A stretch of 64,000 nt of DNA, taken from Lytechinus pictus. Lineage: Eukaryota. The DNA lies in NCBI RefSeq assembly GCF_037042905.1, contig NC_087251.1, forward strand, positions 49,477,358 to 49,541,357. Direction: 5' to 3'. A program made the translations under genes and the position numbers. Shown one piece after another: positions 43,291 through 54,773 of the stretch. Positions within the stretch are counted from its first letter, which is position 1; each line of letters starts with the position of its first letter. The notes below the pieces were generated by a model that saw nothing but the letters and a program-made list of their open reading frames with translations, was not told the DNA's origin and did not search any database.

Positions 43291-43342
43291 AACAGCCGAA
43301 ATGCAATCACGACTCCCCCGGAATCTCGGGGGTAATACTTGC

Positions 43343-43564
43343 CTCGCACTCGTACAATTCCCTGAGCTGTTCGTCCATCCACTCTTCAATATCCAATCTA
43401 ACTCTCATAACTTTCCGATCATATTTGCAAGTGACATTCTGGTGTTTTTTCTTCGCCTTTTCATCAGAACTTAAGCTTTCTCGCCGATGATCATTTGCAG
43501 GTATTTGTTGTTCTTCTGAACCGGCAAAACTAACCCGGTGGTTTTGAGTTTCCAGGGCGGCCAT
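43343..43564 (-). CDS. PPP1R14: PP1 inhibitor, PPP1R14/CPI-17/PHI-1 family, coding exon 1 (74 codons)
   Basis: MAALETQNHRVSF...KKKHQNVTCKYDRKVMRVRLDIEEWMDEQLRELYECE resembles the PHI-1/CPI-17 core (KVTVKYDRKELRKRLNLEEWILEQLTRLYDCQ). Has an N-terminal RVSF (RVxF) motif and good Kozak context (aacaccATGG). Ends at GAG|GCAAGT (GC donor, phase 0). Confidence 0.9.
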
Positions 43565-43700
43565 GGTGTTGTTTAACAGGATCGCGAAAGGAGCACATAA
43601 TATAGTAGCCGCCTAGCATGCGCGCATATATATATGCAGAGGATATATATACTACATGTGCATTTCGAGGGCGTCGATCTCGCAGGAGTACAAAAAACGT
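43565..43700 (-). promoter_or_regulatory. Putative 5'UTR/proximal promoter of the PPP1R14-family gene
   Basis: CpG-containing segment just upstream of the ATG with (TA)n TATA-like runs and an NRF1-like GCATGCGCGCA near 43617-43626. TSS cannot be determined from sequence. Confidence 0.4.
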
Positions 43701-43801
43701 ATTCCCTATATAGATGTCTCTCAAACGTGAGCAGGGGGCGCTCTATCCGATACCTCGTAGAACTTCGGTTGGAATTCCGCAAAATAAATTTATGTCAAAA
43801 C

Positions 43802-43933
43802 AGGGGGGCGTTTCATCAACATTTTTATCCGACAAGTTGTCAGATTTGACATCTTTCCTTGATTCTGATTGGCTGAGAGGCACTGTTACTATGGATAAAG
43901 CGTCCGACAAGTCCTTTCATGAAACGCTCCCCC
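43802..43933. mobile_element. Mini-MITE (gggggcgtttcat...atgaaacgctcccc) containing a CCAAT box; abundant family
   Basis: Short TIRs and internal ctgattggctgag; relatives at ~4770, ~7465, ~19800, ~23680, ~56550, ~56695. Confidence 0.7.
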
Positions 43934-45959
43934 GATCTATTTCAACTATTATTATTTTTAAACTATTTATATTAGAGTAAATAATGACATTCAAGGGCCA
44001 TATGATAAAGTGAAAGTGACAAGAAAGGTGCACAAATAGAAAATCAGGTGAAAACATCATCGATTACATCATAAACAATTACCCCCAAAATACACTTTGA
44101 AAGGTTCATCATGGTTTTGAAACGGTGAAGAGCGTAGAATAATTTTTAATCAATGTATATATAGTTGTATAGGGAAATACAGTAATCATTTGTAATCGAT
44201 TATATAGGTATTTTCTTTAAAATGTATTTTAGCACTATTTGCTGAGAAATAAGGATGTTTATTTACCTTGAACTGTTTGATTATGTATGATGGTGGGCCC
44301 TAAGTCTGCGCACCTAACAATTTGAGTTAAGATTTAACATGAATTTCTTCTTATTTCACAAAATCTTTTGGATAATGATGTTCCTTATATTATTGAGAGT
44401 AAGTATACCAAATTTCTCATTAAAAAATGAAAGAGAATATAGGATTTTCTTGAAAAAACCTTGGGGCAGTCATTTTCAGATTGAAAAAAAAAATGGTACC
44501 CCATGTCTGCGCACTCATTCACTTTGCACACGATTCGGAGATTTTGATGAGAAAGGCTGTATTTTGAGGCCGTCACATGAAATGCCCTGAATTCATTATT
44601 TTTTCACCATTTTGAGTCGGATTTTTTTATGAATACCTGTCTATGTATTGCATGTGTAAAGTTCGTGCTCGTTGCGTATCTTCTTTTACTAGAATCGCGC
44701 AGATACGCGGGTGCGCAGACTTGGGAGACCGCGCAGACATGGGGGAACTGACCATAGATGTTACTTGTTCTCCCGGGGGTGCGCTCGACCAAATAAGCTA
44801 TAGTGGGTATGTGCCGCGGGCGAGACAAAAAAACGGGGGCCTTGGAGCGGGCTTATTGTAAAAAAGAGGGTCCTCGCAACAAGTTTGGAACGACCGTATG
44901 TTTAATCGCTGATGTGGTTTACGGTACACCTTCAAACAACATCTGACCGTATGTTTGTGAAAACGGGGGTCCTTGGAACGGGTCGCCTGCGTGTGATTGC
45001 GTATTCATCCCTATGGAACGTACCGTACCTGGGAATCGCGAGATAGAAGAGCTATAGAAGCGCATAAAATTACACTTTTTTTCAATTTTTTATATTTCAC
45101 CGAAAAAAAGTTGTAGTATATACTAAGTGAAGAATCAGACCATATTGCCAGTGCTATCTGTTGAATGTAAGTTTTCAATGAACTGAACATGCTCAGTACA
45201 TGCTAAAAAAGGGGAAATCTCTGATTTTGAGGTAAAACCCACGGTTTAAACCATGGTTTCATTTGAGTCCACTGTTGAAACCATTGTTTCATTTGAGACA
45301 CTGTTGAAACCGTTTTAGAAACCATCGTTTGTGAATCGCAGGTTTTAGAAACCATGGTTCTAAAAACCATCATGGGTTTCAAACGAAACCACCTTTGTGA
45401 ATTCGGGCCTTTGATATTTAGATCAGAAAAAGAGACATAAGGACCAGCTGATTTTAGGAATTCATGAAGAACAGAGACACCAATCCAATAATGCGAACGT
45501 TAGCACGGACAGGAAATATTTTATATGCAGACCTTACAAAAAGATATGTCAGAATTTCTCAGAAACATATGTCACTACATAATAACTCGAAGTGTGGGTA
45601 AATATATTTGGTTTATGATATATCTCGTTAAACAGACAATGCGAGCACCAGGAAAGATGAACACATAGACATAGGCCATGAGCAAATTATGTTTCATAAA
45701 GTTATGAAAAAATATTTATAATGTATTATAACATAATACATAAATATAACATTATTATGTACAATAAAATCTTCTTTCCCATTACATTTCTCTTCCTTTC
45801 TCCCTCTTTTTCTTCTTTTTTCCATTTTTTTTGGAGAGGGGGGGGGGGGAGCCGATGGCGGGCACGTGCCGCTCATGCCCCCCGTATAGTTACGAGACTG
45901 ATTATGATATTACACAGCTAAAGTGGATTACGTAATGACGTTATACTGGTAAGCTATGA

Positions 45960-46760
45960 CAATTGGAAAAACAGTCTTAAATCTCACATCTCTTCTCATG
46001 ACCCCATTTAGTTAGTATTGCATGTAAATCTGATGAAGACATTTTTCAAATCAATAAATCCAAGTCTATGTATAGTTCAGTTATATTTTGCACTTATTAA
46101 GGAAGATTTCATATACATGTATCTCTATAATAATTATTTTCTTTAATCACTGTTATGCTTTTTTATGCTTTCTTGCCATCGTCATCTATACTCTGTTTGA
46201 AGAGTCATGGTCATTACATTATCACAGTATATTCATCCTTTAATTTTCAGTATTTTTAGTGCCATAATTATCAACTTTCAGTTCCAATATAAAGATGTTA
46301 TAAATGTATATGCATTAATAATTACCTTCATTTTGGTTATTATGATATATTCCTAAATTTCAGTTCTACATTTATTTTCCTATACACTGATTACCTTATC
46401 CTTAGACCCCTTTGAATATAACATTTAGTTGAAATCGGACATCTACATTTACATTTAGTGCAATCATTTTCAATTTGATAATCCCTATTCATTTTCTGAT
46501 GCGATTATTTTCATGCAAATTTTACCAGTATATCCAGTGCATCGGTTGGTTGGGCGGAGGGACCATTAGGTCACAGTGATTAAGTTTGCTCTCCTCTTCC
46601 CTGGCCACCAACTGATGCACTGGACAAACTGCTATCAAATATTGCACGTACCTGTATGATTGTTATGTCATTTTATGTAATGTTCGATATTGCTTTGTAA
46701 ATTATCTTAAATATGTTTGAAGTGCCGAATAAATAATAAATAAATAAATAAATAAATAAA
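45960..46760 (+). mobile_element. Probable LINE 3'UTR remnant with long hairpin and (TAAA)n tail
   Basis: T-rich UTR, hairpin 46533-46624, AATAAA and (TAAA)n at 46728-46760. Left boundary uncertain. Confidence 0.5.
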
Positions 46761-48376
46761 AGTGCATGTCAGACCCCGAATTGCTCAAAACGTGATTTCA
46801 TGTAGGCCTAAACATGTTTAAAGCCAATTTAAATGTGAATTCTCGCCAAATTTTTATCTGTATCATTGTACTTTTTGTTAATGATTGGAAAATTATTGCC
46901 AATAACTTTCATTCAAAAACAATTTAAAAAAAAAAGTAACCTGAACCTAAGAAATAATAATAAAAACAGTTTAAGAAAACAATAAAAATATTTTATACTG
47001 ATTTTTTTCCTTTTGATCAAATTTCCTCAATTAAAAAAAATAAGCAGTTCAAGGGTTCAATAAAATTGGCATAATTGATTCAAATGAAATAGACTAGAGC
47101 ATATTGATTTAATGAAATAAAGCTTAGAAACCCCATAGATTATGTCATTTTCTTCTGTTGTGCTGTTGTGCACCCCCCCCCCCCGACTGACATGACTCAA
47201 AATAGCTCCGGGACTACTATATGTACGAGGATAAACTTATAAAATGTCAACTTATTTTAGTGTTCTTTTTTAGGCATTCAATTTCCATGATTTAGTAATT
47301 TTGGGGAAATATGAACTTTTCTGTTGGAAATTCAGTATAAACGATTGTAGCAGGGGCGGATCCAGCCTTCGCCAATAGGGGGGGGGGCGGAATTTTTTTT
47401 TCAGCCATATTTTCCCCGATCGGCCGCTCGAAGATGATTTTTGGTTTCTTTGAAGGGGTAGTCCTAATAGTCACTTCTTAGCTTTATTCTTATAAATCAG
47501 CATAAATATATAATATTATAATCCTTATTTATATAATGCGAGCGCGAAGCGCGACTAATTTTGTTTTAAATCTTATGTATTTTTTCCAAAAATTTGAACA
47601 TGCTTGGCAATGTTTTTTTATCCTGAAAAAGATGTGTATGCAACTAAATAATTACTACGAACGCGAAGCGCGAGCAGAAATGAACTGATGGAAAAGGAAC
47701 ATGTTAAAGACTGCAGTTAGCCATGAAGACGTTACATATTTAAACAATCAAATAATGCGAGCGCGAAGCGCAAGCTGAATTTTTCGACATTTCTACCTAA
47801 AGAATGAACATTCTATAGCACTCTTTGTAACTAAAAAAAAACCCAGAATAGGTATAATACTAAACAATTTTGATGCGAGCGCAAATTTCGAGATTTAGAC
47901 CTACTGAACGAGACACTCTATTCATGTTTTGTAAATCATGAAAAGGATGAGTAATTGGGGATGTTCCTTACACTAATAATGCGAGCGCAAAGCGCGAGCA
48001 GAAAATTTTTATATACGTTTTGAACTGATCGAAAAGATACCTGTTAACTAAGGACTGCTTGCACTTAGCCATGAAGACGTCACATATTTCAATCAAAATA
48101 ATGCGAAGCGCTTGCTGAAATTTTTTGACATTTCTACATAAGAATGGAAAATTGTAATCAACTTTTGTACTAGTAATCGTGAACAGGATATCTATATAAC
48201 TAAACAATGATGCAAGCGCGAGAAAAAAAATCGAGATTTAGACCTAAAAACGGGACACTCTATTCATGTTTTGTAAATGATGAAAAGGATGAGTATATTG
48301 ATTGATTGATTGATTGATTTTATTCGTCAAGAATATCATAGATTACAATGAAATTGAGGAAATACCTTGACAGGAT

Positions 48377-48837
48377 GGTGACCCGACAATTGCTCCGCCG
48401 ACATCTGCTCCGCCGACAATTGCTACGCAAAATAAGACAGTTGCTCCGCCGACAATTGCTCCGGACAATTGCTCCGCCGACAGTTGCTCCGTCGACACTT
48501 GCTCCGCCGATATGTGCTCCGTCGAATCTTGCTCCGCCGATATTTGCTCCGCCGATATTTGCTCCGCCGACATGTGCTCCGCCGACATCTGCTCCGCCGA
48601 AAATTGCTCCGCCGACAATTGCTCCGCCGATAATTGCTCCGCCGACATCTGCTCCGATTATACGACAATTGCTCCGCGACAATTGCTCCGCCGATATTTG
48701 CTCCGCCGAAAATTGCTCCGATTATACGACAATTGCTCCGCCGATATTTGCTCCGCCGAAAATTGCTCCGATTATACGACAATTGCTCCGCCGATATTTG
48801 CTCCGCCGACATCTGCTCCGATTATACGACAATTGCA
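48377..48837 (+). repeat. ~15-bp tandem array (left TIR of the foldback element)
   Basis: Repeated gctccgccgacaatt / gatattt / gacatct variants. Confidence 0.95.
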
Positions 48838-49899
48838 TGAACATCTTATTTCTCCAAGTTGGTATGTTAAATGATAAGAAATTCATCCTGATACAAATTG
48901 TTTTGTCGTTGTTTTGTTCTTGTTATTCGTTAATGTTTTATTTATTTTATTCTCCCCCTATCATCACAGCTTTCTGCTTAAAAAACAAAACAAATTGTTC
49001 TCCCTGCCGCTGCCACTTGACAAATTGTAACGGAGAAGGGGAATGACACACTCCCCATTGAAATTGTGAATCTGGATTTTTGTTCATATATTATTATCAT
49101 TGGTTTCACTCCGGTCTTGAGCGGGGAGAGAATTTGGGGGGGGGGGGGTGCTGGACACAATATCTCTTCTGCTTTCCAGCAACTTATACACCATACATTC
49201 GCGCGGGCTCTCTCTCTCTCTCTATCTTTCTCGTTTTGTTCTTTCACGTTGTTTATTGGTGACTGCTTGATTTATTGTATATTTATCAGTATTATAATTA
49301 TTAATATTTGTATCAATAATTTTTATTTACGTCTTCGGCCTTATCTACCCTTGCACTTTCTTTCCTTCAATTTGTTTCAAACGAAAGTATGATCATCACT
49401 GGCGTACAGATGGGGGAGGGGCGTACTAGGGGTCACGGATCCCCCCATTCTCCCTACCAATGAAAAAAAAAGAATAAAGGAAAGGAAAATAAATGTCATC
49501 CTTGTCTCGCCCCCTCCATTTTTTGTTGTTGGCTCATTACGCTACTGGTGAGTTACTATAAAACTAGACTTCGGTTGTATTTTTGTTCTATTCTGTGCAA
49601 AGCGACAATATAAATATATTATAATAAATGAATATATGTATGTATCTCTCTCATTACGTCTAAACAAATAATGTTATTTTTAAAAGACAATAATATATAT
49701 ACCAGCAATAATATAGTTACAAATTCATGAAACCCAATACGCATCTCACTGAATTTATAATGCGAGCACAAAGCACGAGCTGTTATTGACATGGAAAGGG
49801 GACATTTATACGCCTTTTTTAAATTGTAAACATGAAGCATATCTCGGGGGGGGGGGGGGTATCTCGTAAAAGAAATGAGAGCACGATGCGTTAATTTAA

Positions 49900-50485
49900 A
49901 GGAGAATGAAACTCTTGGAGCAAGTTAGCTTTTGTGAAAGCAGAAAAATCAAAGAATAAGATCAACAAAACTTTGAGTAAAATAGGACTAGCAATAAAAG
50001 AGTTATGAGCATTTGAATGTCGAGATCACTAATGCTATGGAGATCCTCCCATTGGCAATGCGACCAAGATCTGTGATGTCACACACGTAGTACAACTCTC
50101 CCATTTGGACACTGAAAATATACCCAAAAACATCTCTTTTTGCTCATTCTAATCATATGACAAACGATTCATCAATGATATAATGTTGTGAAACCTCTGT
50201 ACTTGTCATCTCATAAAGAGAACACCTCACCTTGTGATAGACTCTATAAAAGTGAGAATATAAGTGAAATAAGTTCTAAAGTAATGAGGGAGTTGTACGT
50301 GTGTGATATCACAGATCTTGGTCGCATTGCCGTTGGGAGGATCTACATGGCACTAGTGATCTCAATATTCGAATGCTCATAACTTTCTTATTATTCATTC
50401 AATCTTCCTCAAACTTTCAACAATATGTTTCTTTGATTTTTCTCTTTGATATGGATTCAGCTGGTTTCAAGGGTTTCATTCTCCT
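49900..50485 (-). mobile_element. Second, highly similar copy of the 16-599 MITE, nested in the foldback element
   Basis: Same TIRs and TTAA TSD; reverse complement of 16-599. Confidence 0.85.
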
Positions 50486-51492
50486 TTAATATTCTGGATA
50501 TATTTACCAGAGTTACAATTCTATATATTTCTTTTTCTTTGTGTTATTTCTTTCGACAAACTGTAATTGAAGTATTGAAGAGTATATAGGCTGTTATGCC
50601 TGCTGATCATGATAGAATGTGGATTATTTTGCTGATTCATTAGATCTTAACATGTGTTCTTTAAATTGGGTAATTTGGGTACATGTTAGAAACACAGGCA
50701 TTGTGCATTCAGATGCACATTGTGGAAATGAGATTCAGTATTCCTTGCAGCTAAGAAAGGTTTTGAAAATGACACTACTCTCAATTACATGTATACTGTG
50801 TCCATAGTTGCGAGTGTGTGAAAATGAAGGTGTTTGCAGTCATTAAAGTGTAGTTTTGGTTGGAAAACGTTAATAAAACTGTCGAGAACGTACAGTCTTC
50901 ATGATTTCATTTATCTCATGTTCTGATCAGTAAATCAAATAAAAAATTATAATGACAAGAACTTGTTAAGTTTATCCTTCTATTTCAATCCCATGAATAA
51001 ACAGAAATCGCGATATTCAGAAATAATAAGTCATACACCTCCTTTTTTCCTCAAGCTCTCACTCACTCCCCCTCTTTCTCTCTCTCTCTTTCCCTCCAAA
51101 ACCCTTTGCACAATCATTTTTGTTTGATTTCCGCATAAGCAAAACGACGACGACAATGATAATGATGGTGATGATGAAGATGCTGATAATGATGCTGATG
51201 ATGATAATGGTGGTACAATGATAATGATAATAAGTACATGAACACACGTTTTCTTCTCATATAGTTCATTCTTGGAAAATACATAGGCGGCCATATACAC
51301 ATGAAGGTATATCATTTATAGAAGAAAATCTTGTTTGATTGATTTTTTTTATTTTTTGAAACTACGTGTAAAATTATATCCCCCATCAACAACAAATTGT
51401 TACTTACATTATAACATCATAATGAATATAATTCGACTATTGGCGGACCATATTTAGATTTAGATTAAGATTTATTCATTTTCCGTTCACAA

Positions 51493-53050
51493 AGTAACTA
51501 TCGCCCAATTTCAATTCTCCCCACGATAAGCAAAATAATTGAAAGACTTGCCCATCAACAATTCTACGATTATCTCACCAAAAAGTCAATCTTGAGTAAA
51601 GTACAATTCGGTTTCCGACCGGGTCACTCAACCGCAGCCGCTTTAGCTTCAATGACGGATCACTGGTCTAAAGCAATAGACAATGGTCAGCTTGTGTGCG
51701 CTGTTTTTATTGATCTTAGACGTGCGTTTGACTCTGTTAACACGAATGTACTGCTAAATAAGCTCCAGCGTTTTGGCTGTTCCGATAAAACACTTAGATG
51801 GTTTAACTCGTATCTCAACATGAGATTGCAATGTGTTCAATATAACAAATCTATTTCTGAGAAAGAAAGTGTGTCTATCGGAGTACCACAAGGATCCATA
51901 TTAGGTCCGCTACTCTTTCTTGTACTTATTAACGACCTGCCGAATGTAATAAAGAATGGTCAAGTTACAATGTATGCCGACGACACAACATTATTTTTAT
52001 CAGGATCCGATATAGATAGTATGAAATTGGCTTTACAAGAAGATGTAAATGCTTTAAACCAATGGTTAAAATTAAACAAGTTAATTCTCAATGTTGAAAA
52101 GACAAATATGATGATTCTGGGATCAAGACAAAGAATGAACAAATATAAAAATTCAGATTCAGATATTTCTATCACGTTTGATGGTAAAGAAATAAATAAG
52201 GTTCACTCCACTAAGTGTTTAGGTGTCATAATAGACGATAAACTTCTTTGGCATGATCATGTAGAACACGTTAGTAAAAAAGTATGTGCTGCTCTCGCCA
52301 TACTGAAAAGGGCTAATCCATTCATTGATGTTACCACTGCAAAACTAATCTATAACTGTTTAATCCAAAGTCAAAATGACTATTGTTGTGAGGTATGGGG
52401 TTTAAGATTTATCACACAAACAAATCAAATAATAAAACTTCAGAAACGTGCTGCCAGAATAATACTCAAAGCAAACTTCCTCACCCCGTCTGATCAGTTA
52501 TTTAAAAAACTTGAATGGTTCTCCTATCCCCAAAGAGTAATGTATTTTCGATGTATATTTATATTTAAGAGCTTAAATAATTTATCTTCCGACTTTTTTA
52601 ATGAAAATTTTAAATTAGTATCCGAAAAACATAACGTAAATACAAGATCCGCCTCCAATCTACAGCTCGATGTCCCAAAATGCAATACTGAATACTATAA
52701 ATGCTCATTCATTATTTCCTCAATATCAATGTTTAATTCCTTACCCCTTCATTTAAAAACCCTATCCACCCTCTCTAGTTTTAAAAAAGAACTCAAATCA
52801 TATATAATGTCCAACAAATGTTAAAATGTCAATGTTTCCTGTGCCATAAATATTTTAATAACTCAATTTTGCATGCCTTTCTATGTTCTAATATGTATGA
52901 TTTATATAATGTTTTTACCTTGTTTTACCTTGTATGTTTTACCACTTGTATATACATGTCTTGTTTTTATGCTTTTAGGGCCCCTTTTGATACCAGCTTT
53001 TGCTGAAAGGGCACCCTATTGAAATATTGTTTAATAAATAAATAAATAAA
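51493..53050 (+). mobile_element. 5'-truncated non-LTR retrotransposon (L2/Crack/CR1 group) with intact RT ORF remnant and 3' tail
   Basis: Open frame from 51493 (SNYRPISILPTISKIIE...QFGFRPGHST...FIDLRRAFDSV...GVPQGSILGPLLF...YADD...LGVIIDDKL) to stop at 52824. 3'UTR hairpin ~52977-53016 and (AATA)n tail 53033-53050. No endonuclease domain (truncated). Confidence 0.93.
51592..52824 (+). CDS. Reverse transcriptase (partial LINE ORF2)
   Basis: RT motifs PQG and YADD in an uninterrupted frame. The frame extends upstream to ~51493 with no true start. Confidence 0.85.
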   Translation: MSKVQFGFRPGHSTAAALASMTDHWSKAIDNGQLVCAVFIDLRRAFDSVNTNVLLNKLQRFGCSDKTLRWFNSYLNMRLQCVQYNKSISEKESVSIGVPQGSILGPLLFLVLINDLPNVIKNGQVTMYADDTTLFLSGSDIDSMKLALQEDVNALNQWLKLNKLILNVEKTNMMILGSRQRMNKYKNSDSDISITFDGKEINKVHSTKCLGVIIDDKLLWHDHVEHVSKKVCAALAILKRANPFIDVTTAKLIYNCLIQSQNDYCCEVWGLRFITQTNQIIKLQKRAARIILKANFLTPSDQLFKKLEWFSYPQRVMYFRCIFIFKSLNNLSSDFFNENFKLVSEKHNVNTRSASNLQLDVPKCNTEYYKCSFIISSISMFNSLPLHLKTLSTLSSFKKELKSYIMSNKC

Positions 53051-54169
53051 AGCACAACAAAATCAAAGTAACAATACATAGTCAAATTTAAAGTACAATA
53101 TCAATCGGTATATTGCATAAGAATTAGAACGTATAAACAGTGAGAACTAATGCGAACTAAAGTAACCTTGACTAATAACTATATAAAACAGAACATATGG
53201 ATTTTATTTTTGGATTATTTAAAAAAAAAAAATTATCCTTTTTCTATCAGTGAAGAAAACAATCATGATCAACATAAAACAAAAAAGCAACTCACTATTA
53301 TATACAGTATTATCATAATCTAAAAACCTACGGTGTGTATGACATGATGTGGATGTGGAGACCAGACTGAGAGCACTGTGTGTACGAGAGGATATGGAAA
53401 CCAGAGTGGAGGGGTGTGCCGAGAAGGTGACACGACATGTAGCCTTTCACATGTTGGTATTTTCTTGAATATTAATTTTTACTTACTGAATGTCTTGGTC
53501 ATGTTTGTATGGCACAAAATTTGCCGACAGTAAACATTTTGCGTGACTACAGTACAGGTTTTCGACAAAATAAGGTGGGGTATACCGTTGAATTTCACCT
53601 GGAGCAAATGTCTCCACTTCGGAGCATATTTCGCCAGTCTGAGCGATTTTGACGCTAAGAATGGGGTATGTCTAATTTGTTTCTACTGTTATAACATGGA
53701 GCTATATGGTTATAATAATTACATGAAAACGCGTTTTTTTTAATAATTTTAATCGCCAGGCACGTGATAAAACTTACACAAATGCTCCCCCCCCCCACCA
53801 TGAATAAGCATTAAGAATATCTATCCCTCCTTTGTGCTTACCCCTTTTTTTCTATTTCTTTCTATATGCATGTATCAGGGGCCGCGGAGCCGGGGGCTTT
53901 AGCCCCCCAATTTTCCAAAGCCGTGTACAAAAAACGTAAGAATGACCATATGATTGTGATTTTTAGCATGGACAGCCCCCACTTTTGACTCAGCCCTCAC
54001 TTTGAAAACCGTTCCGCGGCCCCCGTGTATGACATTTAATATATCATGCAAGCATAGTTTAAGTTTACTTTGTAAATTCATGGAGCTATGCTCCATGGTA
54101 AATTGACGCCTTCAGCCTGTGCTAAAATTGTTATGCGTATGAAAGTACGAATAAATAAAAAAATAATGA

Positions 54170-54773
54170 TTGTCGCATTATCGGAGCAATTTACGGCGGA
54201 GCAATTATCGGCGGAGCAATTGTCGTATAATCGGAGCAGATGTCGGCGGAGCAAATATCGCCGGAGCAATTGTCGCGGAGCAATTGTCGTATAATCGGAG
54301 CAATTTACGGCGGAGCAATTATCGGCGGAGCAATTGTCGTATAATCGGAGCAGATGTCGGCGGAGCAAATATCGCCGGAGCAATTGTCGCGGAGCAATTG
54401 TCGTATAATCGGAGCAAATATCGCCGGAGCAATTGTCGCGGAGCAATTGTCGTATAATCGGAGCAATTTTCGGCGGAGCAATTGTCGTATAATCGGAGCA
54501 GATGTCGGCGGAGCAATTATCGGCGGAGCAATTGTCGGCGGAGCAATTTTCGGCGGAGCAGATGTCGGCGGAGCAGATGTCGGCGGAGCAAATATCGGCG
54601 GAGCAAATATCGGCGGAGCAAGTGTCGACGGAGCACATATCGGCGGAGCAAGTGTCGACGGAGCAACTGTCGGCGGAGCAACTGTCCGGAGCAATTGTCG
54701 GCGGAGCAGTTGTCGTATTTTGCGTAGCAATTGTCGGCGGAGCAAATGTCGGCGGAGCAATTGTCATGGAACC
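54170..54773 (-). repeat. ~15-bp tandem array (right TIR of the foldback element)
   Basis: Repeated aattgtcggcggagc variants; reverse complement of the left array. Confidence 0.95.

Larger units (their letters stand above)
48377..54773. mobile_element. Foldback-like (possibly MULE-type) non-autonomous DNA element with long tandem-repeat TIRs
   Basis: Left array 48377-~48837 and right array ~54170-54773 are inverted copies of a ~15-bp unit (ttgctccgccgacaa) in the same variant order. GG...CC termini; 8-bp TSD GACAGGAT at 48369-48376 and 54774-54781. Confidence 0.88.

Noticed and set aside
43307..43342. Single-exon 85-aa version of the PPP1R14 ORF
   Set aside because: Family similarity stops at YECE and resumes in the exon at 11722; the last 11 codons are intronic.
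48377..48837. CRISPR-like appearance of regular short repeats
   Set aside because: No unique spacers, no cas genes, eukaryotic context.
48320..49046. Overlapping repetitive ORFs (AEQLS / IAPPT / RRSNC pentapeptide-like), also at 54078-54905
   Set aside because: Artefacts of a 15-bp DNA repeat that is open in several frames on both strands; they are the foldback TIRs.
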